Below are positions 18,088-29,316 of a stretch of DNA of 64,000 nucleotides, in pieces. The stretch lies in NCBI GenBank assembly GCA_963663235.2, contig CAXXNO010000006.1:64001-128000 (forward strand), read 5' to 3'. The position numbers were made by a program, and so were the translations under genes. The DNA comes from Dehalococcoidia bacterium (GTDB lineage Bacteria; Chloroflexota; Dehalococcoidia; Bin125). The notes under the pieces are model-generated. The model was not told the DNA's origin. It saw only the letters and a program-made list of their open reading frames with translations, and did no database searches. Each line of letters begins with the position of its first letter. Position 1 is the stretch's first letter.

Positions 18088-20184
18088 GTGACCGAAACCT
18101 TTCAGACCAGCAGCGAATTCAAGCCGACGGGGGACCAGCCCGCGGCGATCGCCGCGTTGGTCCAGGGAGTCGAGCGGGGAGATCGCGCCCAAACGCTTCT
18201 GGGAGTCACCGGCTCCGGGAAGACGTTCACGATGGCGAACGTCATCGCCGCCACGAACCGGCCCGCCCTGGTGCTGGCGCCCAACAAGACGCTGGCTGCG
18301 CAGCTGGCCACCGAGTTCAAGGAATTCTTCCCGAACAACTCGGTGGAATACTTTGTCTCCTACTACGACTACTACCAACCGGAGGCGTACATTCCCCGGA
18401 GCGACACCTATATCGCCAAGGACGCCGCGATCAACGAAGAGATCGACAAACTCCGCCACTCCGCGACGCGGGCGCTCTTCGAGCGGCGGGACGTAGTCAT
18501 CGTGGCCTCCGTCTCCTGCATCTATGGCTTGGGCGAGCCGGGAGAGTATCAATCGCTCGTGCTCACGCTGAAGGTCGGCGAGCGAGTGGAGCGGTCGCGT
18601 ATTCTGCGTCATCTGGTTGACGTGCAGTACCAACGCGATGAGATGACGGTGACCCGCAACAAGTTCCGCATCCGAGGCGACTCACTCACGATCCAGCCCT
18701 CGTACGAGGAGTTGGCCGTGCGAGTGGATTTTTGGGATGAGCAAGTGGAGCGGATCGTGGAACTCGATCCGCTCACCGGCGAACTCCTGGCCGAGCGGGA
18801 CCGGGTGGACATCTATCCGGCCAAGCACTTCGTCACCTCATCGGACCGTCTGGAGGCGTCGCTCGGGGAGATCGAGGCGGAACTGGGCCAGCGCTTGGAA
18901 GTGCTGCGGGCCGAACAACGAATCCTGGAAGCGGCCCGGCTGGAGGAGCGTACGCGCTACGACCTGGAGACGCTGCGGGAGACCGGATATTGCGCGGGGA
19001 TCGAGAACTATTCGCGTCACTTGGCGCGGCGGGCCGCGGGGAGTCCGCCCTGGACGCTGCTGGACTACTTTCCCGATCGCTGGCTCTTGTTCGTCGATGA
19101 GAGCCACATGGCGATCCCCCAGGTGCGGGGGATGTATTTCGGCGACGTCAGCCGCAAGCAAACCCTGGTGGACTACGGCTTCCGCCTCCCGTCCGCCATG
19201 GACAACCGGCCCCTCAACTTCGACGAGTTCAACGCGCACATCGACCAAGTGATCTTTGTGTCCGCCACTCCCGGCGATTACGAGCGCGACGTCTCGACGC
19301 AGGTCGTGGAGCAGGTGATCCGGCCAACGGGGCTCGTGGATCCGATGGTTGAGGTGCGCCCGACCGACGGCCAGATCGACGATTTGGTGGGGGAGGTGCG
19401 GAGCCGAGTGGAGCGGGGCGAGCGCGCACTGATCACCACGCTGACCAAGAAGATGGCCGAGGATCTGGCCGACTACATCCGCGAGGTGGGCATCAAGACC
19501 CACCACCTGCACAGCGAGCAGGACACCTTCCAGCGCGTGGAAATCCTGCGCGACCTCCGCCTTGGAGTCTTTGACTGCGTTGTCGGGATCAACCTGCTGC
19601 GTGAGGGTCTGGACCTGCCGGAAGTCAGCCTGGTCGTCATACTGGACGCCGACAAGGAAGGGTACCTGCGCAACACGAGCTCGTTGGTCCAGACCATCGG
19701 CCGGGCAGCCCGCCACGTGAACGGACACGTGATCATGTACGCGGACACGGTAACGGCGTCGATGCGCCGTGCCATCGACGAGACGGATCGTCGCCGCGTC
19801 ATCCAGACTACCTACAATGAGGCACACGACATCTCTCCGACCAGCATCCACAAAGCGATCCGCGACATTACCGACCAGATACGCGAGGTACGTCAGGTCG
19901 CAGAGGCGTCCGCCTCCTATGAGGCCGGCGGCGATGTGAGCCGGGTACCCAAGAGTGAGATCGCTCGTCTGGTGAAAGAGCTGGAGAAGCAGATGAAGCA
20001 GGCCGCGAAGGCGTTGGAGTTCGAACGGGCGGCGCTGCTACGCGATCAGATCGTCGAGCTACGCCGCGAGCTGGTGGGCGACGCCGACGCCTTGGCAGAA
20101 TGGGTCAACACATCGTACGGACGCCGCGGCCGACGGCCGATCACGGGGGGCGAGCCGGCGGTTGGGTCGCAGCGGCCCACTTGA
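18088..20184 (+). CDS. uvrB: Excinuclease ABC subunit B
   Basis: [29 protein letters not shown]-terminal UVR domain. Confidence 0.98.
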   Translation: MTETFQTSSEFKPTGDQPAAIAALVQGVERGDRAQTLLGVTGSGKTFTMANVIAATNRPALVLAPNKTLAAQLATEFKEFFPNNSVEYFVSYYDYYQPEAYIPRSDTYIAKDAAINEEIDKLRHSATRALFERRDVVIVASVSCIYGLGEPGEYQSLVLTLKVGERVERSRILRHLVDVQYQRDEMTVTRNKFRIRGDSLTIQPSYEELAVRVDFWDEQVERIVELDPLTGELLAERDRVDIYPAKHFVTSSDRLEASLGEIEAELGQRLEVLRAEQRILEAARLEERTRYDLETLRETGYCAGIENYSRHLARRAAGSPPWTLLDYFPDRWLLFVDESHMAIPQVRGMYFGDVSRKQTLVDYGFRLPSAMDNRPLNFDEFNAHIDQVIFVSATPGDYERDVSTQVVEQVIRPTGLVDPMVEVRPTDGQIDDLVGEVRSRVERGERALITTLTKKMAEDLADYIREVGIKTHHLHSEQDTFQRVEILRDLRLGVFDCVVGINLLREGLDLPEVSLVVILDADKEGYLRNTSSLVQTIGRAARHVNGHVIMYADTVTASMRRAIDETDRRRVIQTTYNEAHDISPTSIHKAIRDITDQIREVRQVAEASASYEAGGDVSRVPKSEIARLVKELEKQMKQAAKALEFERAALLRDQIVELRRELVGDADALAEWVNTSYGRRGRRPITGGEPAVGSQRPT

Positions 20185-20299
20185 CAGACTCCCCAAACGG
20201 CCTGAACGTTCTTCCGAGCCGAATGATGGCGGGGGTGACGGTGTTGTGCAGGGACGGCCAAGCGGGTCTGCGCCCGCCGCCGTATGGGTACAGGGTGTC

Positions 20300-21058
20300 G
20301 TGACGGAGCCGGACGGCCCGCAGAAGAGTGCGCCGCCGCGGGTGCCGGAGTGGCTGGCGCCGCAGGCAACGGCGCGAGCCGAGGCGCGGCGAAACGTCTG
20401 CGCGTTCTGCGGAGAGGAAGCGCCGCCCGATTCGGCTTTCTGCCCCCGCGACGGACGGGCGCTGAGCGCGGCGCTGGTGCCGGGCGGTGGACGGTCGCTC
20501 ACCGTCCTGTTCACGGATATCGAAGACTCTGTCCGGCTCAACGAGCGGTTGGGCGATTTGAAATGGGCCGACATCGTGGATGAGCACAACCTGCTCGTGA
20601 GGGCTGCGGTCGATCGTTTCGCCGGCTTTGAGGTCAAAATCACGGGTGACGGCTTTCTGGTGGCGTTCGCCGAGCCGGCCAACGCGGCCCACTGTGCTAT
20701 CACGATCCAGCAGCGGATCACCAGGCACGCCTCCGGCAGAGTGGATTGGCCCGTGCGAGTACGGATCGGGATCCACATGGGCGAGGTGATCGTGCGGCGG
20801 GGTGGGGACATCCTGGGGCGGACGGTGAACCTTGCCGAGCGCATCCTGGGGAAGGGCGCCGGCGGTGAGATTTGGGTCTCCGAGCGGGTCTACGCGGACG
20901 TGCGAGGTCTCATCGCAGCCGAGCACTGGATCGACCGCGGGATGCGGCGCCTCAGGGGTGTATCGGGCCGGCAACACCTCTATCAGCTGGAGTGGGGAGA
21001 GGACGTGCAGCCACCGAGACCTGCCAGCGCCGACGCTGCACGCTCGGTGGTGGCCTAG
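20300..21058 (+). CDS. Class III adenylate cyclase with N-terminal zinc ribbon
   Basis: CAFC...FCPRDG ribbon, LFTDIEDS, KITGDG, RIGIHMG, DILGRTVNLAERI. Confidence 0.88.
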   Translation: MTEPDGPQKSAPPRVPEWLAPQATARAEARRNVCAFCGEEAPPDSAFCPRDGRALSAALVPGGGRSLTVLFTDIEDSVRLNERLGDLKWADIVDEHNLLVRAAVDRFAGFEVKITGDGFLVAFAEPANAAHCAITIQQRITRHASGRVDWPVRVRIGIHMGEVIVRRGGDILGRTVNLAERILGKGAGGEIWVSERVYADVRGLIAAEHWIDRGMRRLRGVSGRQHLYQLEWGEDVQPPRPASADAARSVVA

Positions 21059-22908
21059 TCGACGGGGATGCTATGCGCATCGTCGTCGGGCTCCGGCGCT
21101 GGGGAAGAGCGAAACAGCCGCAGCACCTTCTCTCGCATGCGCCGCCGCACAGAGCGGCGAAAGTCGCGGATGTTGCGGCTGAGGCTGACTCGGAAGAAGT
21201 TCTGGTAGATCCCCATGTCGCGGTACTTGCGGTAGCGATCGCGGAGGAGCTTGGACGTCGGTGTGCCATGCAGGTCATCCAGTTCCTGCCGGATGGCCGC
21301 CTGCAAGAACGCCGCTGCGGCGTCGTGATCGCGGTGGGCGCCCCCCTCGGGCTCGCGGACGATCCGATCCATCACGCCGAGATCGAGCGCATCCGCGGCC
21401 GTCAAGCGGAGCGCCTCGGCGAGGAGATCGGCGCGGGTGGGGTCGCGGTAGAGCATCGCCGCGGCCCGCTCCGGCGAGGCGACGGAGAAGATGGCGTGCT
21501 CCAGCATCAGGATCCGGTCGGCCACGGCGAAGGCCAGAGCCCCTTCGCCGCCCCCCTCGCCGATAATCACGGCCACCACAGGCGTGCGCAGGCGCATCAT
21601 CGCCGCGAGGTTTTCGGCAATCGCATGCCCAATACCGTGCTCTTCGGCTTCACGACTCGGGCGAGCGCCACGATTATCGATGAGGGTGACCACGGGGATT
21701 TTGAATTTCTGCGCCAGCCGCATCGCGCGCAGCGCCTTGCGAAAGCCCGCCGGGTCGATCCAAGGCGGCCCTTGCTCACCCTCCGTGACGCGCTGCTGGC
21801 CAATGAGCATCACGGGCTCCCCGTGGATGTCGGCGAAGCCCGTCACGATCCCGGGGGCATCCCCCTGGGCGCGGTCGCCGTGCAAGTCCACGAAGGTCGT
21901 GGCTATCCGTCCGATGTAGTCGAGCGCGGAGGGCCGTCGTTCGTGACGCGCCAACTGGACCTCTTGCCAGGGGCTGATCGTGCGAGACGGCCGCCAGGTG
22001 AACGGTTGCAGCCCTTTTTTAATCTGGAGGCGCTGGGCGGGCGTGGTGAGATCGATGAGCGAAGCGAGGAGATCCGGCTGCCGCTCCCTGGTCACCACCT
22101 GATCGATCAGGCCGTGTTGCAGGTGGGATTCGGCCGTATGGGTGTCGGGTGGCAAGGTTCCGCCCTCGGTCTGTTCGAGGTCGCGCAGAGTGACGAAGCC
22201 CATCAATGCGGCGGGCTCGCCCACAATCACGTCGGCGAGGTTTGCGAAGGAAGCGAACACGCCGCCCGTGGAGGGGTTGGCCAGGATCGTGAAGTGGGCC
22301 AGTCCCCGTCTACTGTGTTGTTCGGCGGCGGCGGCCGTCTTGCCCATCTGCATCAAGGCCAGCACGCCCTCGCGGACTCGCGTGCCGCTGCTCGTAATCA
22401 CCGACACCACCGGCAGTTGGTGTCGCGCGGCGTATTCGAAGGCCAGCGTGACGCGCTCGCCAACCACGACCCCCATGCTGCCGCCCAGGAAGCCGAACTC
22501 CATGATGATGATGACCGCGGGCCGGCTGCGAATCTCGCAGACGCCCGTGATCAGGGCCTCGCGCAAGCGTGTGCGGCGGAAGGCTTCCCGCAGCCGGTCG
22601 CGGTAGTCCCCACCCTCGGGAAAGGACAGTGGATCGATCGAGGTAGTGGATGCATGGATCTCGCGGAAGGTCCCGACGTCCGTGAGGGTCTTGATCCGTT
22701 TCCAGGCCGAGATCGCGTGGTGGTAGCCGCAGACCGTGCAGACGCCGAGCGTCGCGTAGCTCTCCATGTCCGCGGTGGCGGCACCGCAGAGCACGCAGGA
22801 CTCGCGCTCCGCCTCGATCTCCGGCTCTAAGGGTTTGGGGGCGCGCCAGGCGGCAACGAGGTCGGCGAGTGCGCGCATGGCGCCAATCCGCTCGGAGGCT
22901 GTTTGCAC
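21055..22908 (-). CDS. Fused acyl-CoA carboxyltransferase beta/alpha (AccD-AccA)
   Basis: C4 zinc finger and GGSMG (AccD half), then ARHERRP and IIGEGG (AccA half) in one ORF. Confidence 0.9.
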   Translation of the reverse strand: MQTASERIGAMRALADLVAAWRAPKPLEPEIEAERESCVLCGAATADMESYATLGVCTVCGYHHAISAWKRIKTLTDVGTFREIHASTTSIDPLSFPEGGDYRDRLREAFRRTRLREALITGVCEIRSRPAVIIIMEFGFLGGSMGVVVGERVTLAFEYAARHQLPVVSVITSSGTRVREGVLALMQMGKTAAAAEQHSRRGLAHFTILANPSTGGVFASFANLADVIVGEPAALMGFVTLRDLEQTEGGTLPPDTHTAESHLQHGLIDQVVTRERQPDLLASLIDLTTPAQRLQIKKGLQPFTWRPSRTISPWQEVQLARHERRPSALDYIGRIATTFVDLHGDRAQGDAPGIVTGFADIHGEPVMLIGQQRVTEGEQGPPWIDPAGFRKALRAMRLAQKFKIPVVTLIDNRGARPSREAEEHGIGHAIAENLAAMMRLRTPVVAVIIGEGGGEGALAFAVADRILMLEHAIFSVASPERAAAMLYRDPTRADLLAEALRLTAADALDLGVMDRIVREPEGGAHRDHDAAAAFLQAAIRQELDDLHGTPTSKLLRDRYRKYRDMGIYQNFFRVSLSRNIRDFRRSVRRRMREKVLRLFRSSPAPEPDDDAHSIPVD

Positions 22909-23008
22909 GGCGTTTTGGGAACCAAGCGCCGCGCCTCTTTCCTCACCATCTTAGGTCAAACGTCGCGGTTGCACGACCCGCGCGGGGTCCGGCCGGAGCC
23001 CGCGCGCG

Positions 23009-25390
23009 CTAGGAGGGCTCGCGTTCGTCCACGCCGGCCAGCACACGGCGGGATTGCCCGCCCTCTGCCGCCCCGATCACGCCCGCCGACTCAAGATCAT
23101 CAATCAGGCGCGCCGCTCGCGGGTAGCCGATGCGGAGGCGCCGCTGTAGCAGTGACGCGGAGACGCGGGTGTGATCCAAGGCCAAGGTATGCGCGTCGTC
23201 GTAGAGGGCGTCGCGGCCGGCGCCATCGCCGTCTCGGGCGCGGCGGGAGCCATCGGAATGCGCGGCTCCGCTCTGCGCCGTCCGCACGGCTTCCTCCAGT
23301 TGATGGTCAAGCGTTGGGCGGGGGATCTGTGTGAAGCGGTCTTGGGTCCAGAAGTCGATGACTTGGCGAATCTCGTCGTCGGAGACGTAGCAGCCCTGAA
23401 CCCGTCGCGGTTGCAGCGAGTCCGTCGCCAGAAAGAGCATGTCGCCGCGGCCGAGGAGCTTCTCGGCGCCGGCGCGGTCCAGGATGACGCGGGAATCGGT
23501 CTGCGACGAGGTGGCGTAGGCGATGCGGGTTGGGAAGTTGGCCTTGATCAGGCCGGTCACGACGTCGACCGATGGGCGCTGCGTGGCGATCACGAGGAAG
23601 ATCCCGGTCGCCCGCGCCAGTTGCGCCAGCCGGACGAGTTGTTGCTCCACCTCCACCGGCGCGGTCATCATCAGGTCGGCCAACTCGTCGATGACCACCA
23701 CCCAGTAGGGCAGATTCCCTTCCGGGCGATCTTTCTCGTTGTAGACGGTAATGTTGCGGACTTGCTCGCTCTCGAAGCGCCGGTAGCGGCGCTCCATCTC
23801 CGTCACGACGACCCCCAGAACACCGACCAATTCGTCCGGTTCCGTGATCACCCGCGAAAAGACAAGATGGGGCACGTCGCCGTAGCCGGTAAGCTCCACG
23901 CGCTTGGGGTCCACCAGCACCAACCGCAGTTGTTCTGGAGAGAAATGCATCAGCAAGCTCACGATAAAGGTGTTGATGCCCACGCTTTTTCCGGAGCCGG
24001 TTGCGCCGGCGATCAGCAGATGGGGCATCTGCGCGAGGTCCGCGACGACGGGAGCGCCTGTGACGGCGCGACCGAGCGCGATCGCGACGGCGGCGCTACC
24101 GGCCACCTTCCTGTACTGCGGCGACTCCAGAACGCCTCGTAGCGAGACCAAGCGAGTCTCTCGGTTCGGCACTTCGATCCCAATCACCGGCTTGCCCGGC
24201 ACGGGCGCCTCCATGCGGATCGATGGGGCCGCCAGCGCGAGAGCGAGATCGTTGGACAGGCGCGTGATCTTGCTGACGCGAACACGCGTGCGGGAAACTT
24301 CCTCTTCGCGCGTCTGGGGTTGGCCGTTGCCATCCATGAGGGGACGGCCGGATTCGTCGCGGAGGGTGACTTTCCGCATCCTGACCTCCCAGCCCGGCTC
24401 GATGCCGAAGCGGGTCACGGACGGTCCCTCGTTGATATCCGCTATGCGTGCATCGACGCCGAACGAGGCCAGCGTGTCGACGATGAGTTGCGCCTGGAGG
24501 CCGGCCTGGGCGTTTCGACGGGCAGGAGCGTCAGGGCGGAGGAGGTCCAAGGATGGCAACTGCCATCCGTCGGCGCTGCGCCGCCGTTTCCCTGATCGCG
24601 CAGAGGCTCGTTTTTCCGTTGTCGATTGCTGCTCTGCTTCATCTGATGCCGGAGCCGCGTCGGTCGCGGCCTGAGGGGGATCCGCCGCCGCCGGTTTGTG
24701 GGTGAGCGAAGCGGGCGATGTGGAGCCGGTCGGCTGGTCGGTGTCCGCTGCGATCGCCGGGCGATGCGTCGCCCTGCGATAGCGCTCAGCGATGATGCGC
24801 CACAGCCGGCGGAGCGGCGGACGGAGCATCTGGGCGAGGAGCGTCGCAACGGCGAACTGGAAGCGGATGGTGGCCCGCGGCGCGATCAGCATCGACGCCA
24901 GGGTCGCGAGGCCGAGCATGACGAAAGCGCCGATCGGCGAAGTGAGTGCATCGCCGAGCTCGCCTCCGACCGTCACACGCCCGAGATCGACGCCGCCGAG
25001 GTCCCAATGGGGACGGAAGAGCCCCGCGATCCCGACGGCGAACAGCCCGAGCAGCAAACCGGCCGCCAAACGACGAAGCGCGAGGCTTCCGAGCCGCCAG
25101 CGCGCGCCGGCGGCGATCCAGAGGCCGAGGAAGAGCACCAAGCCGATGATCAGGAAGACCCCAACCCCCAACGCTTCGACGAAGGCCTCACGGACCGACG
25201 TCACCACGCCGAGCGGCGCGATCACCCAGTTCACGAGTGCGGCGGCGCCGACCACGCAGGCCGCGCCGGCAAGCGGCAGCAGGGGAGGGCGCCAGGACAG
25301 TTGGAGGGACCAGGGGGGACGGTACAGCCGCAGCCCCGAGAAGCGGCGGGAGCGGCGTCGAGATGAGCGGCGAACCGCAGCGCGAGGCAT
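23009..25390 (-). CDS. ftsK: DNA translocase FtsK
   Basis: N-terminal TMs, PHLLIAGATGSGKS, IDELADLMM, ATQRPS, gamma domain LQRRLRIGYPRAAR. Confidence 0.96.
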   Translation of the reverse strand: MPRAAVRRSSRRRSRRFSGLRLYRPPWSLQLSWRPPLLPLAGAACVVGAAALVNWVIAPLGVVTSVREAFVEALGVGVFLIIGLVLFLGLWIAAGARWRLGSLALRRLAAGLLLGLFAVGIAGLFRPHWDLGGVDLGRVTVGGELGDALTSPIGAFVMLGLATLASMLIAPRATIRFQFAVATLLAQMLRPPLRRLWRIIAERYRRATHRPAIAADTDQPTGSTSPASLTHKPAAADPPQAATDAAPASDEAEQQSTTEKRASARSGKRRRSADGWQLPSLDLLRPDAPARRNAQAGLQAQLIVDTLASFGVDARIADINEGPSVTRFGIEPGWEVRMRKVTLRDESGRPLMDGNGQPQTREEEVSRTRVRVSKITRLSNDLALALAAPSIRMEAPVPGKPVIGIEVPNRETRLVSLRGVLESPQYRKVAGSAAVAIALGRAVTGAPVVADLAQMPHLLIAGATGSGKSVGINTFIVSLLMHFSPEQLRLVLVDPKRVELTGYGDVPHLVFSRVITEPDELVGVLGVVVTEMERRYRRFESEQVRNITVYNEKDRPEGNLPYWVVVIDELADLMMTAPVEVEQQLVRLAQLARATGIFLVIATQRPSVDVVTGLIKANFPTRIAYATSSQTDSRVILDRAGAEKLLGRGDMLFLATDSLQPRRVQGCYVSDDEIRQVIDFWTQDRFTQIPRPTLDHQLEEAVRTAQSGAAHSDGSRRARDGDGAGRDALYDDAHTLALDHTRVSASLLQRRLRIGYPRAARLIDDLESAGVIGAAEGGQSRRVLAGVDEREPS

Positions 25391-25434
25391 GGCGTCGTCA
25401 CCCCCTATATGGAGCGCCGCTCACCCCGCCATCG

Positions 25435-27102
25435 TCAAACCTCTACAGCCACCGGCAATACCATAGGGCGTTGTCGCGTTTCGCGGTACAGGAAGGCGGA
25501 GATGCTCTTCTTGAGGGAGTCTTGGAGGACGCTCCACTCCACCGGGTGGTCTTCCCCTGACAGCGTGTTGCGCACCCGTTCGACCGTGCGGTCACGGAGC
25601 TCGGAATCCTCTTCGACGCCGGCGAAACCGCGGAAGACGACGTCGATTTGGCCCATCACTTTGCCGGTGCGGTGGTCAATGGGCACGACGATGACCACCA
25701 TTCCCTCCGTCGCGAGGTGGAGCCGGTCGCGGAGGACGGTGTGGTCGACGCCGCCGACCGTCAGGCCGTCGACGTAGACGTACGAGGCCGGCGCGCGGCC
25801 GAGCACCTCACTGTCATCGGGCGTCAATTGCAGGATGTCGCCATCCAGCAGGAGGTGACAGTTATCCGGCGGTACGCCCATGGTGACGGCAAGCCGCACG
25901 TGCTGAGCCAAGTGTCGATATTCACCATGTACCGGCACGAAGTGTTGGGGCCGCGTGAGGCTCAGCACGGTCTTGAGCTCTTCTTGGGCGGCGTGTCCCC
26001 GGACGTGTACGTTCTCGTCGCCGCCGCCCACGTAGCGCACATCGGCGTCCAACTGGAAGAGGTTATTGATCGTGCGGTTGACGGCGGCCTCGTTGCCCGG
26101 GATGGGGCTGGAGGAAAGCACGACGGTGTCGCCGGGCTTGATGGTCACGTCGCGGTGGTCGCGCGTCGCCATCAGAGAGAGGGCCGACATCGGTTCTCCC
26201 TGGGCGCCCGTGCACACGATCACGACATCGGGATCGTCGAAGCCGCCGAGTTGTCCGATATCGCGGAGCCCTTGTTCGCCGGTGGTGATGTATCCGAACT
26301 CACGGGCCATGCGCGAGTTTTGCACCATCGAGCGGCCGGTGACGAAGACCGTGCGGTCCGCGGCCGCGGCGCCGTCGATGATTTGCTGGAGCCGGGCGAT
26401 CTGAGAAGCGAAGGTGGCGATGATCACGCGTCCCGGGGCGGTGAACATGATCTGCATCAGCGCTTCGCCCACCAATTGCTCCGAGGGCGTGTGGCCGCGA
26501 TGGTCCGCATAGGTGGAGTCGCTGAGAAGGAGGCGGACTCCTTCCTGTCCGTATGCCGCCAAGCGGCCAAGGTCGGTGGGGACGCTCATCACCGGCGTGT
26601 GGTCAATCTTGAAGTCGCCGGTGTGGACGATAAGCCCAGCCGGAGTGCGTAGCGCGAGCCCCAGGGCGTCCGGAATCGAATGGGCCACGGCGAAGTATTC
26701 CACCTGGATGCTGCCGAAATCGCTGACGGAGTCGGGAGTGATCGTGATCAGTTCGGCGTCCCGGATGCGGGCCTCGCGCAACTTGACGCTCATCAACCCC
26801 TGAGCCAGCCGTGAGGCGTAGACGGGCGCTGGGAGGTCGGGCAGGACGTAGGGCAGCGCACCGATGTGGTCTTCGTGCCCGTGGGTAATGACGTAGGCGC
26901 GCAGTTTGTGTCGCCGCTCCTGCAAGTAGGAGACGTCGGGGATGATTAGGTCGACGCCCAGCGCCTCGGCGGGGGGGAACATGATCCCGGCGTCGATCAC
27001 GATGATGTCTGAGGCGCTCTCCACGACCATCATGTTGCGGCCGATGTCCCCCAGGCCGCCCAGTGGGATGAGGCGCAGGCTGTCGGCGGGGGTGTCGGGC
27101 AT
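25435..27102 (-). CDS. rnj: Ribonuclease J
   Basis: IPLGGLGDIGRNM, THGHEDHIG, HTGDFK, PVHGEYR. Confidence 0.96.
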   Translation of the reverse strand: MPDTPADSLRLIPLGGLGDIGRNMMVVESASDIIVIDAGIMFPPAEALGVDLIIPDVSYLQERRHKLRAYVITHGHEDHIGALPYVLPDLPAPVYASRLAQGLMSVKLREARIRDAELITITPDSVSDFGSIQVEYFAVAHSIPDALGLALRTPAGLIVHTGDFKIDHTPVMSVPTDLGRLAAYGQEGVRLLLSDSTYADHRGHTPSEQLVGEALMQIMFTAPGRVIIATFASQIARLQQIIDGAAAADRTVFVTGRSMVQNSRMAREFGYITTGEQGLRDIGQLGGFDDPDVVIVCTGAQGEPMSALSLMATRDHRDVTIKPGDTVVLSSSPIPGNEAAVNRTINNLFQLDADVRYVGGGDENVHVRGHAAQEELKTVLSLTRPQHFVPVHGEYRHLAQHVRLAVTMGVPPDNCHLLLDGDILQLTPDDSEVLGRAPASYVYVDGLTVGGVDHTVLRDRLHLATEGMVVIVVPIDHRTGKVMGQIDVVFRGFAGVEEDSELRDRTVERVRNTLSGEDHPVEWSVLQDSLKKSISAFLYRETRQRPMVLPVAVEV

Positions 27103-27117
27103 GGGCGTCCGGACCGT

Positions 27118-27747
27118 CTAGAGGAGTTGCAGTTGGGAAGCGCTGGGTTGATCAGCGGCGGCGGCGGGCGCGCCGCTGGCAGCGGCCGGGCGCTCGGCGG
27201 CGGCGACGATCTCTGGGATGCGGCGGAAATCGTCGCGGAGCACCTGGGCCAGCGACGCCTGGCGGAGCGCAGCCGCTGGGTGATAGACGGGATAGAGGAG
27301 GTAGGGATCTACGCGGGTCGCTTGCCCGTGGGTGCGGGAGATGGAGGCGGTGGGCAGGAAGTAGTTCATGGCGAACCGCCCCAGTGTGACGATGAGCTTC
27401 GGCCGGACGCCGCTGATCTGCTCGCGCAGGAACGGTTCGCAGCTGGCGATCTCGTTGGGCAGAGGGTCGCGATTGCCCGGTGGACGGCACTTGACCACGT
27501 TGGTGACGAAGACGTCGGCGCGAGTGAGCCCGATCCCGTCCAAAAGCTGATCCAGGAGGCGCCCCGCCTGGCCGACAAAAGGGCGGCCCTGCTGGTCCTC
27601 GTGGAAGCCGGGCCCTTCCCCGATGAACATGATCTCCGCGTCCGGGTCGCCGTCGCCGGGGACGGTCTGAGTGCGGTCGCGGTGCAGCCCGCAGGCGGTG
27701 CAGGGGGCGATGCGCGCATTCAGATCGGCAAGGTCAGCAGGATTCAT
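27118..27747 (-). CDS. Family 4 uracil-DNA glycosylase
   Basis: [30 protein letters not shown]. Confidence 0.94.
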   Translation of the reverse strand: MNPADLADLNARIAPCTACGLHRDRTQTVPGDGDPDAEIMFIGEGPGFHEDQQGRPFVGQAGRLLDQLLDGIGLTRADVFVTNVVKCRPPGNRDPLPNEIASCEPFLREQISGVRPKLIVTLGRFAMNYFLPTASISRTHGQATRVDPYLLYPVYHPAAALRQASLAQVLRDDFRRIPEIVAAAERPAAASGAPAAAADQPSASQLQLL

Positions 27748-27908
27748 CGGCGCCTTCCGCACTCGGCGGGGTGGTTCCTCGCGCGTCGCCAGCCCGCCGG
27801 TTTCCCGCCGGCTTGCCCAAGGGCGATCGCCCATCTCGGTAAAGACTATCAGGCAACCGCGTCAGCGATGCGCCGCACTATGTCGCCGTTATCCGGGTCA
27901 GGTCGCGG

Positions 27909-28703
27909 TTATGGCTGTTCGACGCCGGCCTTGTGCCGCTCCACGAGCCTGACGAGGACGATGCCCAATGCATACAGACCGATCAGCGGCACTGCCACCG
28001 CGGCTTGCGTGATCGGATCGACCGAAGGGGTGATGAAGGCCGCGAGCACGAATGATCCGATAATCGCCCAGCGCCAGGTCCGAATCAGGCGGCCGGAGGT
28101 GACCAGACCCATGTAGCCGAGTCCCATGAGGACCAACGGCGTTTCAAACACCACGCCGGTCCAGAACATGAACCGCGTGAGTTTGCTGATGTAGTCGTTG
28201 ATCCGGATCTCGGCGCGGGCGACGTCGGTCCCGAAGTTGAGGAGAAACTCCAGGGCCGGCGGCCAGGCCACGTAATAGGCGAAGGAGGCGCCACCGGCGA
28301 AGGCGACGGTGGCCAGCGCGATGATCGGCAGAATCCAGCGGCGCTCTTGCGATGTGAGCGCGGGATTGAGGTACATGACTGCTTGGTAGAGGATCATCGG
28401 CATGGCCCCCGCGATGCCGATGAGCAGCCCGACTTTGATGTACGCCCCGAAGAAGCCCAAGAGCTCGGTGAAGATGGGCTGAAAGTCCGGGTCGGCGTCT
28501 CGAGCGGGACCGGTCAGGTATTCGATCACATCCTGGGCGAAGACCAAGGCGACCACGGTCGTGAGCACCAGCGTCAGGGCGGCGATAGTCAGGCGTTGGC
28601 GGAGCTCCCGGAGGTGCTCGATAACGCTGACGACCTTATCGCCGCGTTGGAGGGCCTCTATCGCCTCGGGGTCGTCGCCGGCCGGGTCGAGTTGTGTCGC
28701 CAT
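27909..28703 (-). CDS. tatC: Twin-arginine translocase TatC
   Basis: EHLRELRQRL, six TMs, FETP, AAFITP. Confidence 0.95.
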   Translation of the reverse strand: MATQLDPAGDDPEAIEALQRGDKVVSVIEHLRELRQRLTIAALTLVLTTVVALVFAQDVIEYLTGPARDADPDFQPIFTELLGFFGAYIKVGLLIGIAGAMPMILYQAVMYLNPALTSQERRWILPIIALATVAFAGGASFAYYVAWPPALEFLLNFGTDVARAEIRINDYISKLTRFMFWTGVVFETPLVLMGLGYMGLVTSGRLIRTWRWAIIGSFVLAAFITPSVDPITQAAVAVPLIGLYALGIVLVRLVERHKAGVEQP

Positions 28704-28709
28704 CGGCGC

Positions 28710-29204
28710 TTATGAGGTCGGCGGCCGGCGGTTGATGGAGATCACGTTGCTCGGTCGAGCAACCGGCGCGTCGGCGCGTCGGCGGGCGCGCCGACGCGCT
28801 GGAGTCGTCCGAGATGGCGTGGAGGGTTCGGCGGTGGAGCTGGGGGCGGTGGTTGAGCCCGTGGTCGCGGCGGTCGCCTCCGCCTTGGCATCGGCCACCG
28901 CCTCATCCGCGTCCGTGCGGGCTTCCTCCACGGCGCTGCGGATGTCCGCGTCCGCTTCCCGCAACTCCTCCTGAAACTCCCGGTTATCTTGTTGCAGCTC
29001 GTGCCGGATCTCCAAGTAGTCTTCCTTGGCTTCTTCGAAGTCGACCAGGTACTCATCGCGGAAGTCGCGGGCGTATTCCCGCAACTCGCGGACGGCGCGG
29101 CCCATCTGGCTGGCGAGTTGGGGCAGGCGGTGGGGGCCGAAGATGATCGCGGCCAAGAGGAAGACCGCCATGATCTCCATGACCCCGATGCCGAAGATCT
29201 CCAT
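28710..29204 (-). CDS. tatB: Twin-arginine translocase TatA/TatB
   Basis: FGIGVME...IFGPHRLP plus amphipathic helix, next to tatC. Confidence 0.85.
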   Translation of the reverse strand: MEIFGIGVMEIMAVFLLAAIIFGPHRLPQLASQMGRAVRELREYARDFRDEYLVDFEEAKEDYLEIRHELQQDNREFQEELREADADIRSAVEEARTDADEAVADAKAEATAATTGSTTAPSSTAEPSTPSRTTPARRRARRRADAPVARPSNVISINRRPPTS

Positions 29205-29316
29205 GGGCGCAGCGACTCCTTCTGTAACGATACGCCCGCGGCGAGAGGCTCTCAAGGCCTGCGCGAGCGGCCCGGCGGGGAGAAGGCAGTGGCGGGGCGG
29301 TGTGGAGCCGGCGGGT

